A stretch of DNA of 64,000 nucleotides from an uncultured Gemmatimonadales bacterium (GTDB lineage Bacteria > Gemmatimonadota > Gemmatimonadetes > Gemmatimonadales > Gemmatimonadaceae). The stretch is taken from positions 352,001 through 416,000 of the forward strand of contig CAWBZV010000003.1 of NCBI GenBank assembly GCA_963793305.1, read 5' to 3'. Shown here piece by piece: positions 17,501 to 28,832 of this stretch (the first letter of the stretch is position 1; each line of letters opens with the position of its first letter). The notes beneath the pieces are model-generated. The model worked only from the letters and a program-made list of their open reading frames with translations, did not search any database and was not told the origin of the DNA. The position numbers and the translations under genes are program-made.

Positions 17501-18604
17501 GTGACCAGATCCGAGAAGAGAGCCGAATGGTGGGCGACGTTTCGCCGGCCTGCGCTTTGGGCGGCGGCTCTCGGTGGTGGCGCCCTCGTCTCATGCCTGC
17601 TCTTCTGGTACAGGTACCTCGACGATCTCGTCCGCGACCACCCGGGAACGCTCCCTTGGCGCCTGATCGAGGAGCTGCCCGGCGCGATTTACTGCGCGCC
17701 CCTCATAGTCGCTATCGCCACAATCGCCTGGTACGTCCCGGTGAGTCGCTCGAACTGGCGCCGAACGCTGCCGGTGCACGTCGCGACGCTGCTCGTCTTC
17801 TCTGTCATCCACACGACGCTCAACTGGGCATGCCGCGTCGTGATGTTCGCGTGGCTGGGACTCGGCCCGTACGACTACGGGCACATGCCGCTCCGCTACC
17901 TTATGGAGCTCCCTGAAGACGCGATCTTCTACTTGACCATTCAGGGAATCGTCGCGGCGGTGCGCTACTATCGCACATTGCGCGATCGCGAGATGTCGCT
18001 CGCCCAGGCCGAGCTGAGAAATCTCCGGCTGCAGCTTCAGCCGCACTTCCTGTTCAATGCGCTCAACACGATCTCGGCCACCATGTACGACGACCCGGCC
18101 GCGGCAGACACGATGATCGCCGAGCTCAGTGAGCTCCTCCGCGTGTCGCTCAAGACCGTGCACACGCAAGAAGTCCCGCTGCGCGCGGAGCTTGAGTCGC
18201 TGTCGCACTACACCGCCCTGATGCGGGCACGGTTCGGCGACAAGCTCGCGGTCGCGGTCAACGTCGACCCCGCGGCAGTAGACGCGCTCGTGCCGTCGCT
18301 GATCCTGCAGCCACTGGTCGAGAACGCGGTGCGCCACGGCAACGTGTCGCTCCTGGGTCAGGGGCGCATCGACGTCCGCGCCCGGCGCAACGGCGATCAG
18401 TTGACGATCGACGTGCTCGACGACGGACCCGGCACAACCACGCCGGAGGGCAAAGGCGTGGGCCTGAGCGCGACGGCCGAGCGCCTACGGTTGTTGTACG
18501 GCGACGCGCATCGGTTCAGCGCCGGCAACGCGAACGCGACAGTCGGCGGCGGTTCCGGGTTCGCGGTTGCGATCGCCATCCCGTTCCGCCCGTGCGCGTC
18601 CTGA
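17501..18604 (+). CDS. LytS-type membrane sensor histidine kinase
   Basis: N-terminal TM helices; QLQPHFLFNALNTI, LQPLVENAVRHG, DDGPG, GVGL. Confidence 0.92.
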   Translation: MTRSEKRAEWWATFRRPALWAAALGGGALVSCLLFWYRYLDDLVRDHPGTLPWRLIEELPGAIYCAPLIVAIATIAWYVPVSRSNWRRTLPVHVATLLVFSVIHTTLNWACRVVMFAWLGLGPYDYGHMPLRYLMELPEDAIFYLTIQGIVAAVRYYRTLRDREMSLAQAELRNLRLQLQPHFLFNALNTISATMYDDPAAADTMIAELSELLRVSLKTVHTQEVPLRAELESLSHYTALMRARFGDKLAVAVNVDPAAVDALVPSLILQPLVENAVRHGNVSLLGQGRIDVRARRNGDQLTIDVLDDGPGTTTPEGKGVGLSATAERLRLLYGDAHRFSAGNANATVGGGSGFAVAIAIPFRPCAS

Positions 18605-19338
18605 TCGTCGACGACGAAGAGCCCGCGCGCCGCAAAATTCGCCGACTGTTGAGCGGCGAGACGGACGTCGAGATCGTCGGCGAAGCCGCGACGGGAACCG
18701 AAGCAATCGACGCGATTCGGCGGCTCACGCCTGATCTCGTGTTTCTCGATGTCCAGATACCGCCGCCCAACGGCTTCGGCATCATCGATGCCCTCGGCCG
18801 CGATAACGCGCCTGACGTCATCTTCGTGACCGCGTTCGACGAGCACGCGCTCCGCGCCTTCGAGGTCCGCGCACTCGACTACCTGCTCAAGCCGGTCACT
18901 CCAGCGCGATTGCGCGAGGCGCTCGATCGGGCGCGCGAGCGATTTGAACAATCTGAACAATCGGCCGCCCCGAGCGCGGCCCCCGCCCGACCAAAGCCCT
19001 TGGCGCGCATCCTCGTGCGCGACGACACCAAGGCTTTCTTGCTCGCCCTCGACCGCGTCGATCGCATCGAGGCCGACGGGAACTACGTACGGCTCCATTC
19101 CAATGGCCGCAGCTTCACCGTGCGTATGGCCATTGGCGCCCTCGCCGGGCGGCTCGATGCCGACCAATTCTTGCGAATCTCACGCTCCGCCATCGTCCGA
19201 CTCGATGCGATCAAAGAGCTGCACCCGTGGTTCCACGGCGACTACCATGTAATCATGACCGACGGCGCCCGCCTCACCTGGACCCGCCGTTATCGCGCCG
19301 CGGCGATGCCGGAACTCGGCGGTAGTGGCGTTTCCTAG
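18592..19338 (+). CDS. LytTR family response regulator
   Basis: LIVDDEEPAR, VFLDVQ, FVTAFDEHALRAFE, DYLLKP, IEADGNYV, FLRISRSAIV. Confidence 0.93.
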   Translation: MRVLIVDDEEPARRKIRRLLSGETDVEIVGEAATGTEAIDAIRRLTPDLVFLDVQIPPPNGFGIIDALGRDNAPDVIFVTAFDEHALRAFEVRALDYLLKPVTPARLREALDRARERFEQSEQSAAPSAAPARPKPLARILVRDDTKAFLLALDRVDRIEADGNYVRLHSNGRSFTVRMAIGALAGRLDADQFLRISRSAIVRLDAIKELHPWFHGDYHVIMTDGARLTWTRRYRAAAMPELGGSGVS

Positions 19339-20341
19339 ATCGGCTCTGCGCGACGCCCTGCTCCGGCCGACAGTGGCCGTCCTCGCCGTCGGCCTCGTCG
19401 TCACCGCGACCGGCTACGCACCCGGTCCGGCCCTCGCGGCACTGTGGCGTGGGTCGTTCGGCTCGCCGTACGTAATCGTCTCGGCCACTCTGCTGCGCGC
19501 CACGCCGCTTATCCTCACCGGTCTCGCGGTCGCCATCGCGTTCCGGGCCAGCGTCTGGAACATCGGCGCCGAAGGCCAGCTGCTCGCCGGCGCCACCGCC
19601 AGTGCCGCACTCGGCGTCGCGACCGGATCCGCCCTCGGGCTCGCCGCCCTCCCCCTCGCACTCATACTTGGCGCACTCGCCGGGGCCGCGTGGGCGGGGA
19701 TCGCGGCGTGGCTCCGCCGACGGTTCGGCGTGCTCGAAGTCATCAGCACGATCATGCTCAATTTCCTGGCGCTCGAGACCGTAGGCTGGCTCGTTCGCGG
19801 ACCGCTGCAAGAGCCGACTCATATCTACCCACAGACGTCGATGCTGTCGAAAGCCTTCGATATGCCGCGATTGGCGCACACTGGGCTTCATGCTGGCTTT
19901 CTGCTGGCGCTGATAGCGGCCGTTATCGCCGGTTGGATGCTGAGAAAGACAGCCCCGGGATTTCGACTCAGGGCCACCGGAGCGAACCCTTTCGCGGCCG
20001 CGAGCGCCGGCCAAATCGATATCGACAGAACCGCCACCCGAGCCTTCCTCGTGAGCGGCGCCCTCGCCGGACTGGCCGGCGCGATCGAAGTGACCGGTGT
20101 GACCCACGCATTGTACGAAGACATCTCGCCCGGTTACGGCTACACCGCGATTGCCGTCGCCCTCCTCGCCGGGCTCGAACCATACGCCGTCATCGCCAGC
20201 GGCATCCTCTTCGGCGCACTCGAAGCCGGGGCCGCGGCGATGCAGCGCGATGCCGGTGTACCCTCCGTCGTCGTGTCAGTCGTCGAGGCCACGCTGATTC
20301 TCGTATTCCTGATTCCGAAGGCGCGTGAACGTACTGCCTGA
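19325..20341 (+). CDS. ABC transporter permease (nucleoside/sugar type)
   Basis: ATPLILTGLAV, WNIGAEGQ, EVISTIMLN, GYGYTAIAVALL. Confidence 0.9.
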   Translation: MAFPRSALRDALLRPTVAVLAVGLVVTATGYAPGPALAALWRGSFGSPYVIVSATLLRATPLILTGLAVAIAFRASVWNIGAEGQLLAGATASAALGVATGSALGLAALPLALILGALAGAAWAGIAAWLRRRFGVLEVISTIMLNFLALETVGWLVRGPLQEPTHIYPQTSMLSKAFDMPRLAHTGLHAGFLLALIAAVIAGWMLRKTAPGFRLRATGANPFAAASAGQIDIDRTATRAFLVSGALAGLAGAIEVTGVTHALYEDISPGYGYTAIAVALLAGLEPYAVIASGILFGALEAGAAAMQRDAGVPSVVVSVVEATLILVFLIPKARERTA

Positions 20342-21224
20342 CTTCCTCGCGGCCACCGTCCGCACCGCCACCCCGCTCGCGCTCGCCGCGCTCGGCGAGA
20401 CCGTCGGCGAATCCGCCGGCGTCATTAACGTCGGGCTGGAAGGCATCATCATCACCGGGGCGTTCGCGGGGCTCGTCGGATCGATCACCGTTGGGGTCTA
20501 CACGGGCTTCGTCGCCTCGGCACTCGCCGGAATGGCCGTCGCGGCGTTGTTTGCGTTGTTCGCGGTCGTCCTTCGCGCAGATCAGATCATCACTGGAACG
20601 GCGGTGACACTCTTTGGCCTTGGGCTCACTGGCACGTTATATCGGCGGGCCTTCGGCGCGACCGGTGCCGCGCTCCGCGCGAGCACGCAGCACGCGACTG
20701 GCATTCCGGTGCTCGACAGGATTCCGATCATAGGGACCGCATTATTTGCGCAGCCCGCCATCACCTATCTCGTCTATCTCATTGTGCCAGCCCTCTGGTG
20801 GGCGCTCTACCGCACGCGACTTGGCCTCGCGCTCCGCGCCGTCGGTGAAAACCCCGAGGCGGCACGCGCCGCTGGTATCGACCCGCGAAGAATGCAATTT
20901 GGCGCCGTGCTGTTCGGCGGCATCATGGGCGGCCTGGCCGGCGGCACGCTCGTGCTGGCGCAAGTCGGCACGTTCGCCGAGGGCATGTCTGCCGGCCGCG
21001 GATTTATCGCCATCGCAGTCGTGGCGCTCGGACGATGGCACCCGCTCGGCGCCGCGATCGGCGCGCTCCTCTTTGGCGCCGCGTCGGCGCTCCAGTTTCT
21101 CTTCCAGGCCATGGGCTGGGCCGCGCCGTATCAGCTCTTCCTCGGACTCCCCTACCTCCTCACGCTCGTGGCACTCGCCGCACTCGGGCGCAGCCACCCG
21201 GCGCCGGCGGCCCTCGGCAAGTGA
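20325..21224 (+). CDS. ABC transporter permease (nucleoside/sugar type)
   Basis: ESAGVINVGLEG, ADQIITG, LRAVGENP, AGRGFIAIA, LPYLLT. Confidence 0.9.
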   Translation: MNVLPDFLAATVRTATPLALAALGETVGESAGVINVGLEGIIITGAFAGLVGSITVGVYTGFVASALAGMAVAALFALFAVVLRADQIITGTAVTLFGLGLTGTLYRRAFGATGAALRASTQHATGIPVLDRIPIIGTALFAQPAITYLVYLIVPALWWALYRTRLGLALRAVGENPEAARAAGIDPRRMQFGAVLFGGIMGGLAGGTLVLAQVGTFAEGMSAGRGFIAIAVVALGRWHPLGAAIGALLFGAASALQFLFQAMGWAAPYQLFLGLPYLLTLVALAALGRSHPAPAALGK

Positions 21225-21697
21225 TCCGATCGCTTCCGCTCGAGCCGCAGCCGACGGCGCGTCAGACGCGCGAAATCTTATTTCACGTCGGCCACGAGCT
21301 GGCCGCGCTCGGCGCGCGCGTCGATCACTCGCTGATCGGCGGATTCCGGTTTCGGATGCCGCCAGCATGGTCGCTAAAAAAAGGCGGGCCCAAGTTCTTC
21401 ATGGCCATCTCGTCCGGCCGCGTCACCATCGGCGCGAACGCCGGCGAGCCGTGGCAAGTACGCTATGAGCTCAAGTTCACGGGCCTGTTGCTGCTCGTGA
21501 CTTCACTCAGCCTCATGCTGATCCTCCTCGGCGTCCCCGCCTGGGCGCGCGGGCGACTGCTCGACTCCCAGCTCGTCTTGTGGACCGTCGCGTATGCGCT
21601 ACCATATCTCCTGGCGGACGCCTACTTCCGCCGCTGGCTCAGGCACGCCTGCGCCGCGGCGCCCGTGACCAAGGCCTCCGCGCGCGGGTCTGCGTAA
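21221..21697 (+). CDS. Hypothetical membrane protein
   Basis: GTG overlapping permease stop; two C-terminal hydrophobic segments. Confidence 0.55.
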   Translation: MIRSLPLEPQPTARQTREILFHVGHELAALGARVDHSLIGGFRFRMPPAWSLKKGGPKFFMAISSGRVTIGANAGEPWQVRYELKFTGLLLLVTSLSLMLILLGVPAWARGRLLDSQLVLWTVAYALPYLLADAYFRRWLRHACAAAPVTKASARGSA

Positions 21698-21712
21698 ACG
21701 GGAGGGCGTGCA

Positions 21713-22141
21713 ATGCGCAGAGCAGCAATCGCACTGGCTGGTGCGTGCCTCGCATTGGCATGCTCGAGGTCCAACACCATCTCGCCGGGCCCGTCGGTCG
21801 CCGGAGCGTGGGCCGCGACGGACACGACGCAGCGCGTCATGGTGCTCAACCTGACGCAGACCGGTACCCACGTCTCGGGCACCGGCGCCGTCAGCGGCAG
21901 TCCGCTCACCACAACCGGCTCGAACGAAATCTCGAGTTGCAGTTGTGTGTGTCCGTGCGCAGTCACATTTCCCGTCACGTTGGCGATCGCCGATCCATCG
22001 GGTGATACGCTCCACGCCGAGGGCGCCCTCGTTGGAGCCGCCGCGGCCTCCGACACGCTGGCGCTGAGCATCTCTCAGAGATCCGGGCCGCCGCCGGGGT
22101 TCCCCTTCGCCGGCCCGGCTATCACGCTGGTCCGCCAGTAG
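21713..22141 (+). CDS. Hypothetical lipoprotein
   Basis: GGAGG RBS; lipobox LALAC; paralogous to next gene. Confidence 0.7.
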   Translation: MRRAAIALAGACLALACSRSNTISPGPSVAGAWAATDTTQRVMVLNLTQTGTHVSGTGAVSGSPLTTTGSNEISSCSCVCPCAVTFPVTLAIADPSGDTLHAEGALVGAAAASDTLALSISQRSGPPPGFPFAGPAITLVRQ

Positions 22142-22159
22142 CCACTCGATAAAACGCCG

Positions 22160-22591
22160 ATGCGCATCTCGCTGATCGCCCTCGCCACCACGTGCGTCGC
22201 CTGCTCTTCTTCCGCGACGTCGCCGAAAGAATCGCTTACCGGGACATGGAACGCGACAGGTCTCGTGGGAGCCAGTGCCCAGCTCATGCTGACGCAAACC
22301 GGCGACACTGTCATTGGGACCGCCACCGTCACACAAGAGGGCGCGAACCCGGTCGTGCTACAAGTACGCGGGCAGGCCGGACTCAACGAACCGACGCTCT
22401 GCTTCCCCGTGCCGACACACGGCATCTGCGTCGTGAGCTTCGCGCTCCAGGCCGGCGACGTGGCTGGAGATACCCTGTTCTACCAGGGGCATTTCACCAC
22501 CAGCAACACGTTGCAGGGAGACGTACAGTCAACTGGCGGCCCGCTGCCGTTCCACAACGTCGATGGCGAGGCACTGCAGTTCGCGCGTTAG
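22160..22591 (+). CDS. Hypothetical lipoprotein, paralogue of preceding gene
   Basis: Lipobox-like CVAC; GTWNAT..LTQTGDTVIG matches GAWAAT..LTQTGTHVSG. Confidence 0.7.
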   Translation: MRISLIALATTCVACSSSATSPKESLTGTWNATGLVGASAQLMLTQTGDTVIGTATVTQEGANPVVLQVRGQAGLNEPTLCFPVPTHGICVVSFALQAGDVAGDTLFYQGHFTTSNTLQGDVQSTGGPLPFHNVDGEALQFAR

Positions 22592-22609
22592 CACAGCAGC
22601 GCCCTGCGC

Positions 22610-23531
22610 CTAGCACCCCGTGTACGCGCTACTCCAGCGCAGCCGCCACTGACCCGGGGCGGAGCGCTCGATCAGCGAGTAGACACCACCGTCGCCATAG
22701 TCACGACTCAAGACGATCGTCGGCGTTCGACCGGGACCGAGGCGTACAGTCGCCAGCACCTCGTTCGTCTCGAGGTCATCCTCGGCCCCCGACTCGCGTT
22801 CTGAATAGGCGGCCACCCAGGCAATTGGCTGGTGCGTGCTGTCGCGCTCCGCGATCAAAAAGAATGTGCTCCTCGCGCGGATTCGCTTCCTCGTTCACGT
22901 GACGCGCGAGAACGGCGGCGATCCCGTCGATCCCGGGCGCAATCGAGAATCGGCCCCCGCGCTGGACCTCGAACGGCAGCCCCTTGAACGCCGGCGCCGT
23001 GTCGTTCGTGAGCGACAATGCGATGCGAGCGATATCAGCCGCCCGGCGCGCCGAGTCGACCGGCGATAGTACGGCGATCGAGTCCATCGTGAGCGCCGCC
23101 GCGTGGCCCGTGACGAAGCCGACTGCCCAAGGCCCAGGAACACCACCGGTCGCGCGATCGAGAGAGCGCACGTGAGCCGTTGGCCATGCCGTGCATTCAC
23201 CACCGAGCACGCCCACCGTCTTCGGCACAATCACCGCGGTGCCGATAAGACCGCCGCGCGCGAACAGATCAGCCTTCCCACGGCTGATGCCGCCCGTGTC
23301 CAGCGTCGAGACCGTGCCGAGCGTGCTGTCGGTAAAGTGCGGATAGATAATGGCGGCTTCGGTCTCGTTGCTGCCCGCGACAAAAAGAACGGGGCCCGCG
23401 CTCGCATCATCCCACGTCAGCGCCGATCCCGCGTTCGCGCCTGCCGCACTTCCTGACGGCTGACTCGTCGGCGCCGAGGCTCGCTTCTCGCAGGCCACGA
23501 GCGCGAGGGCGAGTATCAAACTCCGCCTCAT
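22610..23531 (-). CDS. Hypothetical lipoprotein, frameshift in A-run near 22860
   Basis: Lipobox LVAC; EEHILF continues as IAERD..W.SAYTGC; start overlaps polA stop. Confidence 0.65.
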
Positions 23532-26485
23532 TCTTTCGTCTCCAACCAGTCGTGTCCGACGCCAATGTCGACGACGAGGGGGACGGTCAGCTCCGCCGCA
23601 TGCTCCATCTCGTGCCTGACGAGCCCTTCGACGGGCTCGAGCTCGCGCTCCGGGACCTCGAACACCAACTCGTCGTGCACCTGCAGCAGCATCTTCGCGT
23701 CCGGGTGCTCGGCTCTCAGTCGGCGGTCGATGCGAATCATCGCGATCTTGATGAGGTCAGCCGCCGATCCCTGGATCGGCGAGTTCTGCGCCGCGCGCTC
23801 GCCGAACGCTCGAATATTGTAGTTCCGATCGCGTAGCTCGGGAATGTACCGCCGACGACCAAAGATTGTTTGCACGTACCCTTGGGATTTGGCCTGCTCG
23901 ATCGTGTTATCGAGATACGCCCGAATGCCGCCAAAACGCTCGAAGTACCGCGCGATGAACGCTTTCGCCTCCGCGTGCTCGATCTTGAGCTGGCGCGAGA
24001 GCGCGTGCGGCCCCTGGCCGTAGATCGTCGCGAAGTTGACCGTCTTGGCTCTCCCCCGCATGACCGACGACACCAGATCGAGCGGGACGTCGAACAGGAT
24101 CGACGCGGTCTGCCGATGGATATCCCCGCCGGCACGAAACGCCTCGACGAACGCCGGATCGTGCGACAGATGCGCGAGCAGCCGCAGCTCGATCTGCGAA
24201 TAGTCGGCCGAGATCAGCATCGAGCCCGGTCGCGGGATGAACGCCCGACGGATCTGCCGGCCCAGCTCACCACGAATCGGGATGTTCTGCAGGTTCGGGT
24301 CGTTCGACGAGAGACGGCCCGTCGCCGCGACCGTCTGGCTGAACGATGTGTGCACCCGCCCGTCCTCGGGATGCACCATGAGCGGCAACGCGTCGAGATA
24401 CGTCCCTTCGAGCTTGAACAGCTCCCGGTACGAGAGCAGCATGACCGGCAGCACGTGCCCTTCGTCCGCCAACTCCTGCAGTACGCTCGCGTCGGTCGAC
24501 GCGCCAGTCGCCGTGCGCTTGCGAACGGTCAGCTTGAGCTTGTCGAACAGGATCGTCCGCAGTTGCGGGTTCGAGTTGATATTGAACTGCTCGCCCGCCT
24601 CGGCGTAGATCGCCTGCTCGACGCTCGCCCGCTCGCCGGCGAACTGTTCCTTCATGGCTCGAAGGCGCCCGACATCGATCGTGATGCCGGCCCATTCCAT
24701 CTCGGCCAACGTGTTGCTCAGCGGGATCTCAATGTCGTTGAACAACGGCGCCAACGCCAACTCTTCGAGCAGCGGCTCGAAGATCGACCGGAGGCGCCCG
24801 ACGCTATCGACATCCGCGCCCGCGTAATCTCGCGCGCAGACGATGGGGACCTGGTCGAACGGGATCGCGTTCTTGCCCTTCCCGCACAGCTCCTCGGCCG
24901 TCGTCCGCGTCAGATCCAAGAACTCGAGCGCTAGCTGATCCAGCGAGTGCGACCGGCGGCCCGGATCGAGCACATAGCTCGCGATCATCGGATCGAAGTC
25001 GACGCCGCGCAGCTCGATGCCGGCTCGCCGGAGCACGAGCCGCTGCCGCTTCGCGTCGTACGCCGACTTGCGCACGCTCGGGTCCTGGAACAACCCGGCG
25101 AGCGAAGCCATGGCCGCCGAATTGAGCGGCGGCAAGTTTCGCGGAGACTCGGTTGACGCGGAGAGTGCCTTTGCCGCGATGCTCGTCCCAGTGATGACCA
25201 ACGCCGCTCCGCGGCGCGTCGATGCAGCCGCTTCGGGCTGCTCGACTGGTCGGTCGAAAAGCTCGGCTTCGCCGAGCTGGGGCCCATTGGACCGCCAGTC
25301 GCGGTGACCGAACGGCAGGTAGTACGCCGTGTAGGGCTCGAGCGAGATCGCGATGCCGACGATCGTCGACCGCAGCGGATCGTCGGGGATCGGCGCCCCG
25401 GGCTCCGTCGCGGTGGCGATGCCGAACGCGAACGATCCGGCCTGCCGAGCTTCGGCCACAATGTTCTCGACCGCTTCCTGCGTCTCGACCGTCACGTAGA
25501 GTGTCGGGTGCGCCGCGGGTCGCTCGGCCTCGGTGACGTCGGTGACCGCCGATGTAGGCGTGGAGCTCGTCGGCCCAAGCTCCTTGACCAGCGTATTGAA
25601 CTCGAGCTCGATGTACAGCTGACGCAGGCGGTCGCGATCCGGCTCCTGCACCTTGATCGATTCCAGATCGAGTGTCACCGGCACATCGTCGTGAATCGTC
25701 ACCAGACGCTTGGACAATCGCGCCTGATCGTGGTACTGAAGCAGCGCTTCCCGCGGCCGCTTCTTCGTGATCTCGCCCGCGTGATCCAGGATCGATTCGA
25801 GCGGACCATACTGCCGGATCAACTCGGCCGCCGTCTTGTCGCCGATCCCCGGCACGCCCGGGATGTTGTCCGAGCTGTCCCCGACCATCGAGAAGTAATC
25901 CGTGACCAACGACGGCGGCACGCCCAGGCGCTCGTCGGCGTTCTCGACACCGACCCAGTGCTCCTTGATATCCGCCGGCCCGCCGCGGCCGGGATTGAGC
26001 AACCGAATGCCCGGGCGAACGAGCTGCTGAAAGTCTTTGTCGCCGGAGACGATCACGACCGGAAGGCCTTGCTCGACACCCTGGCGGGCGAGCGTGCCGA
26101 TCACGTCGTCGGCCTCATACCCGGGACACGTGAGCACCGGCACGTGATTCGCTTCGAGCAGTGCCGTGATACGCTCCATGCCCCGATCAAAATCAGACTG
26201 CAGCTCCTCGCTCAGCTTCTGTCGCGTCGCCTTGTACGCCGCGTACTCCTCGTGCCGAAACGAGAGCCCGGAGTCGAGCACCCATCCCAGATATTCCCCG
26301 GGAGCCAACCCGTGCTCGGTGCGTAGCAGTTTCAAGAACGTGGCGATGCCCCAGGCGGCCGAGGTATTCTCGCCGCGCTTGGTCGTCAGTGGGCGAGACA
26401 GCAGCGCGTAGAACGCCCGGTAGATGAGCGCGTAGCCATCGACCAGGAAAAGCCGCGGGGCCTTGGGGGGTTTGACTTCAGCCAT
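23528..26485 (-). CDS. polA: DNA polymerase I
   Basis: LVDGYALIYRAF, EADDVIGTL, GDSSDNIPGV, TGRLSSNDPNLQNIP, ADYSQIELR, LQVHDELVFE. Confidence 0.98.
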   Translation of the reverse strand: MAEVKPPKAPRLFLVDGYALIYRAFYALLSRPLTTKRGENTSAAWGIATFLKLLRTEHGLAPGEYLGWVLDSGLSFRHEEYAAYKATRQKLSEELQSDFDRGMERITALLEANHVPVLTCPGYEADDVIGTLARQGVEQGLPVVIVSGDKDFQQLVRPGIRLLNPGRGGPADIKEHWVGVENADERLGVPPSLVTDYFSMVGDSSDNIPGVPGIGDKTAAELIRQYGPLESILDHAGEITKKRPREALLQYHDQARLSKRLVTIHDDVPVTLDLESIKVQEPDRDRLRQLYIELEFNTLVKELGPTSSTPTSAVTDVTEAERPAAHPTLYVTVETQEAVENIVAEARQAGSFAFGIATATEPGAPIPDDPLRSTIVGIAISLEPYTAYYLPFGHRDWRSNGPQLGEAELFDRPVEQPEAAASTRRGAALVITGTSIAAKALSASTESPRNLPPLNSAAMASLAGLFQDPSVRKSAYDAKRQRLVLRRAGIELRGVDFDPMIASYVLDPGRRSHSLDQLALEFLDLTRTTAEELCGKGKNAIPFDQVPIVCARDYAGADVDSVGRLRSIFEPLLEELALAPLFNDIEIPLSNTLAEMEWAGITIDVGRLRAMKEQFAGERASVEQAIYAEAGEQFNINSNPQLRTILFDKLKLTVRKRTATGASTDASVLQELADEGHVLPVMLLSYRELFKLEGTYLDALPLMVHPEDGRVHTSFSQTVAATGRLSSNDPNLQNIPIRGELGRQIRRAFIPRPGSMLISADYSQIELRLLAHLSHDPAFVEAFRAGGDIHRQTASILFDVPLDLVSSVMRGRAKTVNFATIYGQGPHALSRQLKIEHAEAKAFIARYFERFGGIRAYLDNTIEQAKSQGYVQTIFGRRRYIPELRDRNYNIRAFGERAAQNSPIQGSAADLIKIAMIRIDRRLRAEHPDAKMLLQVHDELVFEVPERELEPVEGLVRHEMEHAAELTVPLVVDIGVGHDWLETKE

Positions 26486-27092
26486 GCAAAAGAAAATTAA
26501 CGAGAATCAGCACCGCGGTTGTCGCCGCGCCTACACGGACGTTGTCGTCGACTGGTGACCGTGGCCATTCGGCCGCCGTCGCCGCCGCCGCCACCAGGAG
26601 CGCGACCCCCGCGGAGAGGCCCGCGAGCTCGTAGGCACCAAAGAACGTGACCAGGAAACACGCCGCGCTCCCCTCGACAGACTTGCCACGACCGTTATTC
26701 GGGATCAGCCGGCCGCCGAGGGGGATGCCGACGAGCGCGGCGCTCGCGTCGCCGACCGCGGCCGCCCAGGTGACGGCGATGGCATCGGCGCGCGGCAGCA
26801 TCCAGACCGCGGCCAGGCACACCAGAATCAGCCAGGTCGCCCCGGTCCATCGGTCGCGCTCCTCTGGGCGAAGTAGCGGGCCAACCGCCCGCGTGAACGT
26901 CGTCGCGACGGCCGCGGAGCGGCCTCGCGCGACTTCGAGCACCACGGCCACCGCGAGCATGCCGCCGAGTATGGCGAGGACAACGTCGCGGGGAGCGCCG
27001 GCGGTGAGAGCGAGTGGCACGCCGGCGAACACCAAGTGCAGCATCTTTCGCGTCAACTCGCGCGCGAACGTCATAGATGTCATAGATGTCAT
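26478..27092 (-). CDS. Dolichol/phytol kinase-like (cytidylyltransferase family) membrane protein
   Basis: RELTRKMLHL, GATW, VGDASAALVG, KSVEGS, DDN motifs; start at MTSMTSMT. Confidence 0.8.
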   Translation of the reverse strand: MTSMTSMTFARELTRKMLHLVFAGVPLALTAGAPRDVVLAILGGMLAVAVVLEVARGRSAAVATTFTRAVGPLLRPEERDRWTGATWLILVCLAAVWMLPRADAIAVTWAAAVGDASAALVGIPLGGRLIPNNGRGKSVEGSAACFLVTFFGAYELAGLSAGVALLVAAAATAAEWPRSPVDDNVRVGAATTAVLILVNFLLHG

Positions 27093-27902
27093 CGAACAGA
27101 TCGCGCCTGGGCCACGAGCGTCGCGAGCACCTGACGACTCTCGGGGACGAGCCGGTGATGGTCGAACCTGAGCCGCCCGAAATACCGGGTATAGACCCAG
27201 ATCTCGAACGTCGGGCTCGACGAACACTTGGTCGGGATCGCCCACCTGTAGATAGGCGCTGCCGCGGTCGGTCTGCCAACCCGGGGTGCCCCTCTCGCCG
27301 TATCGCTTGTTCGCTTCGCCCACACGACCCAAGTACTCGGAGAGCGGCTCTCTGGACCGCGCCAGAAACGTCGCCCACGCCCGAGGCCTCTCGTCAACAG
27401 GCGCTTGGCGCAGCGAATCGAGTCGATCGGCTGGTGCGAAGTACCGCAGCACACCAAGAAGCTGATCGAACGAGGCCGCGTTCAAGACCGGCCCAAAGCC
27501 GACGAACACTGGCGTCGTGATGCGGTCTCGTCCGCGTGTGACAGTGAGAGTCGTTTCGCCAATGGCGAGGCGCGACAGCGGGACTAGGATCACGCCGTTG
27601 TACAGAGTGTCGTGATGCTGGAGCGCGACGGTGTCCGTCCATCCCGGCCCTGCGAGCGTGACCGGCGACTGATCCGCACCAGAGGCTTCGAGGTACAGGG
27701 CGATTGCCGTGTCGCGTCCGAAGGTCGCGGTCGCGCCAGGGAGTGCGTACAGCGGCGGTTTCGACTCTGGCATAGGAATCGGCGTAACAAGCGCCGCGCT
27801 CGGTCCGACGGCGGGCTCTCCGGCGTGTGCGCGGGTATGGGCGCTCGCGCATGCCAGAGCCGCCATCACCATCAACGATCGCCCTAGTAGTTGCGCCCGC
27901 AT
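27089..27902 (-). CDS. GWxTD domain lipoprotein-like protein, frameshift near 27200
   Basis: Signal ending ALAC; RVGEANKRY..PGWQTDRGSAYLQVGDPD, continuing as EIWVY in frame ending 27089. Confidence 0.75.
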
Positions 27903-27926
27903 GATTGGGAAGATTACCTTCGCCTC

Positions 27927-28803
<877 letters not shown>

Positions 28804-28832
<29 letters not shown>

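Noticed and set aside
27070..27092. 9-bp tandem repeat encoding MTSMTSMT
   Set aside because: In-frame micro-duplication offering alternative starts; no evidence of function.
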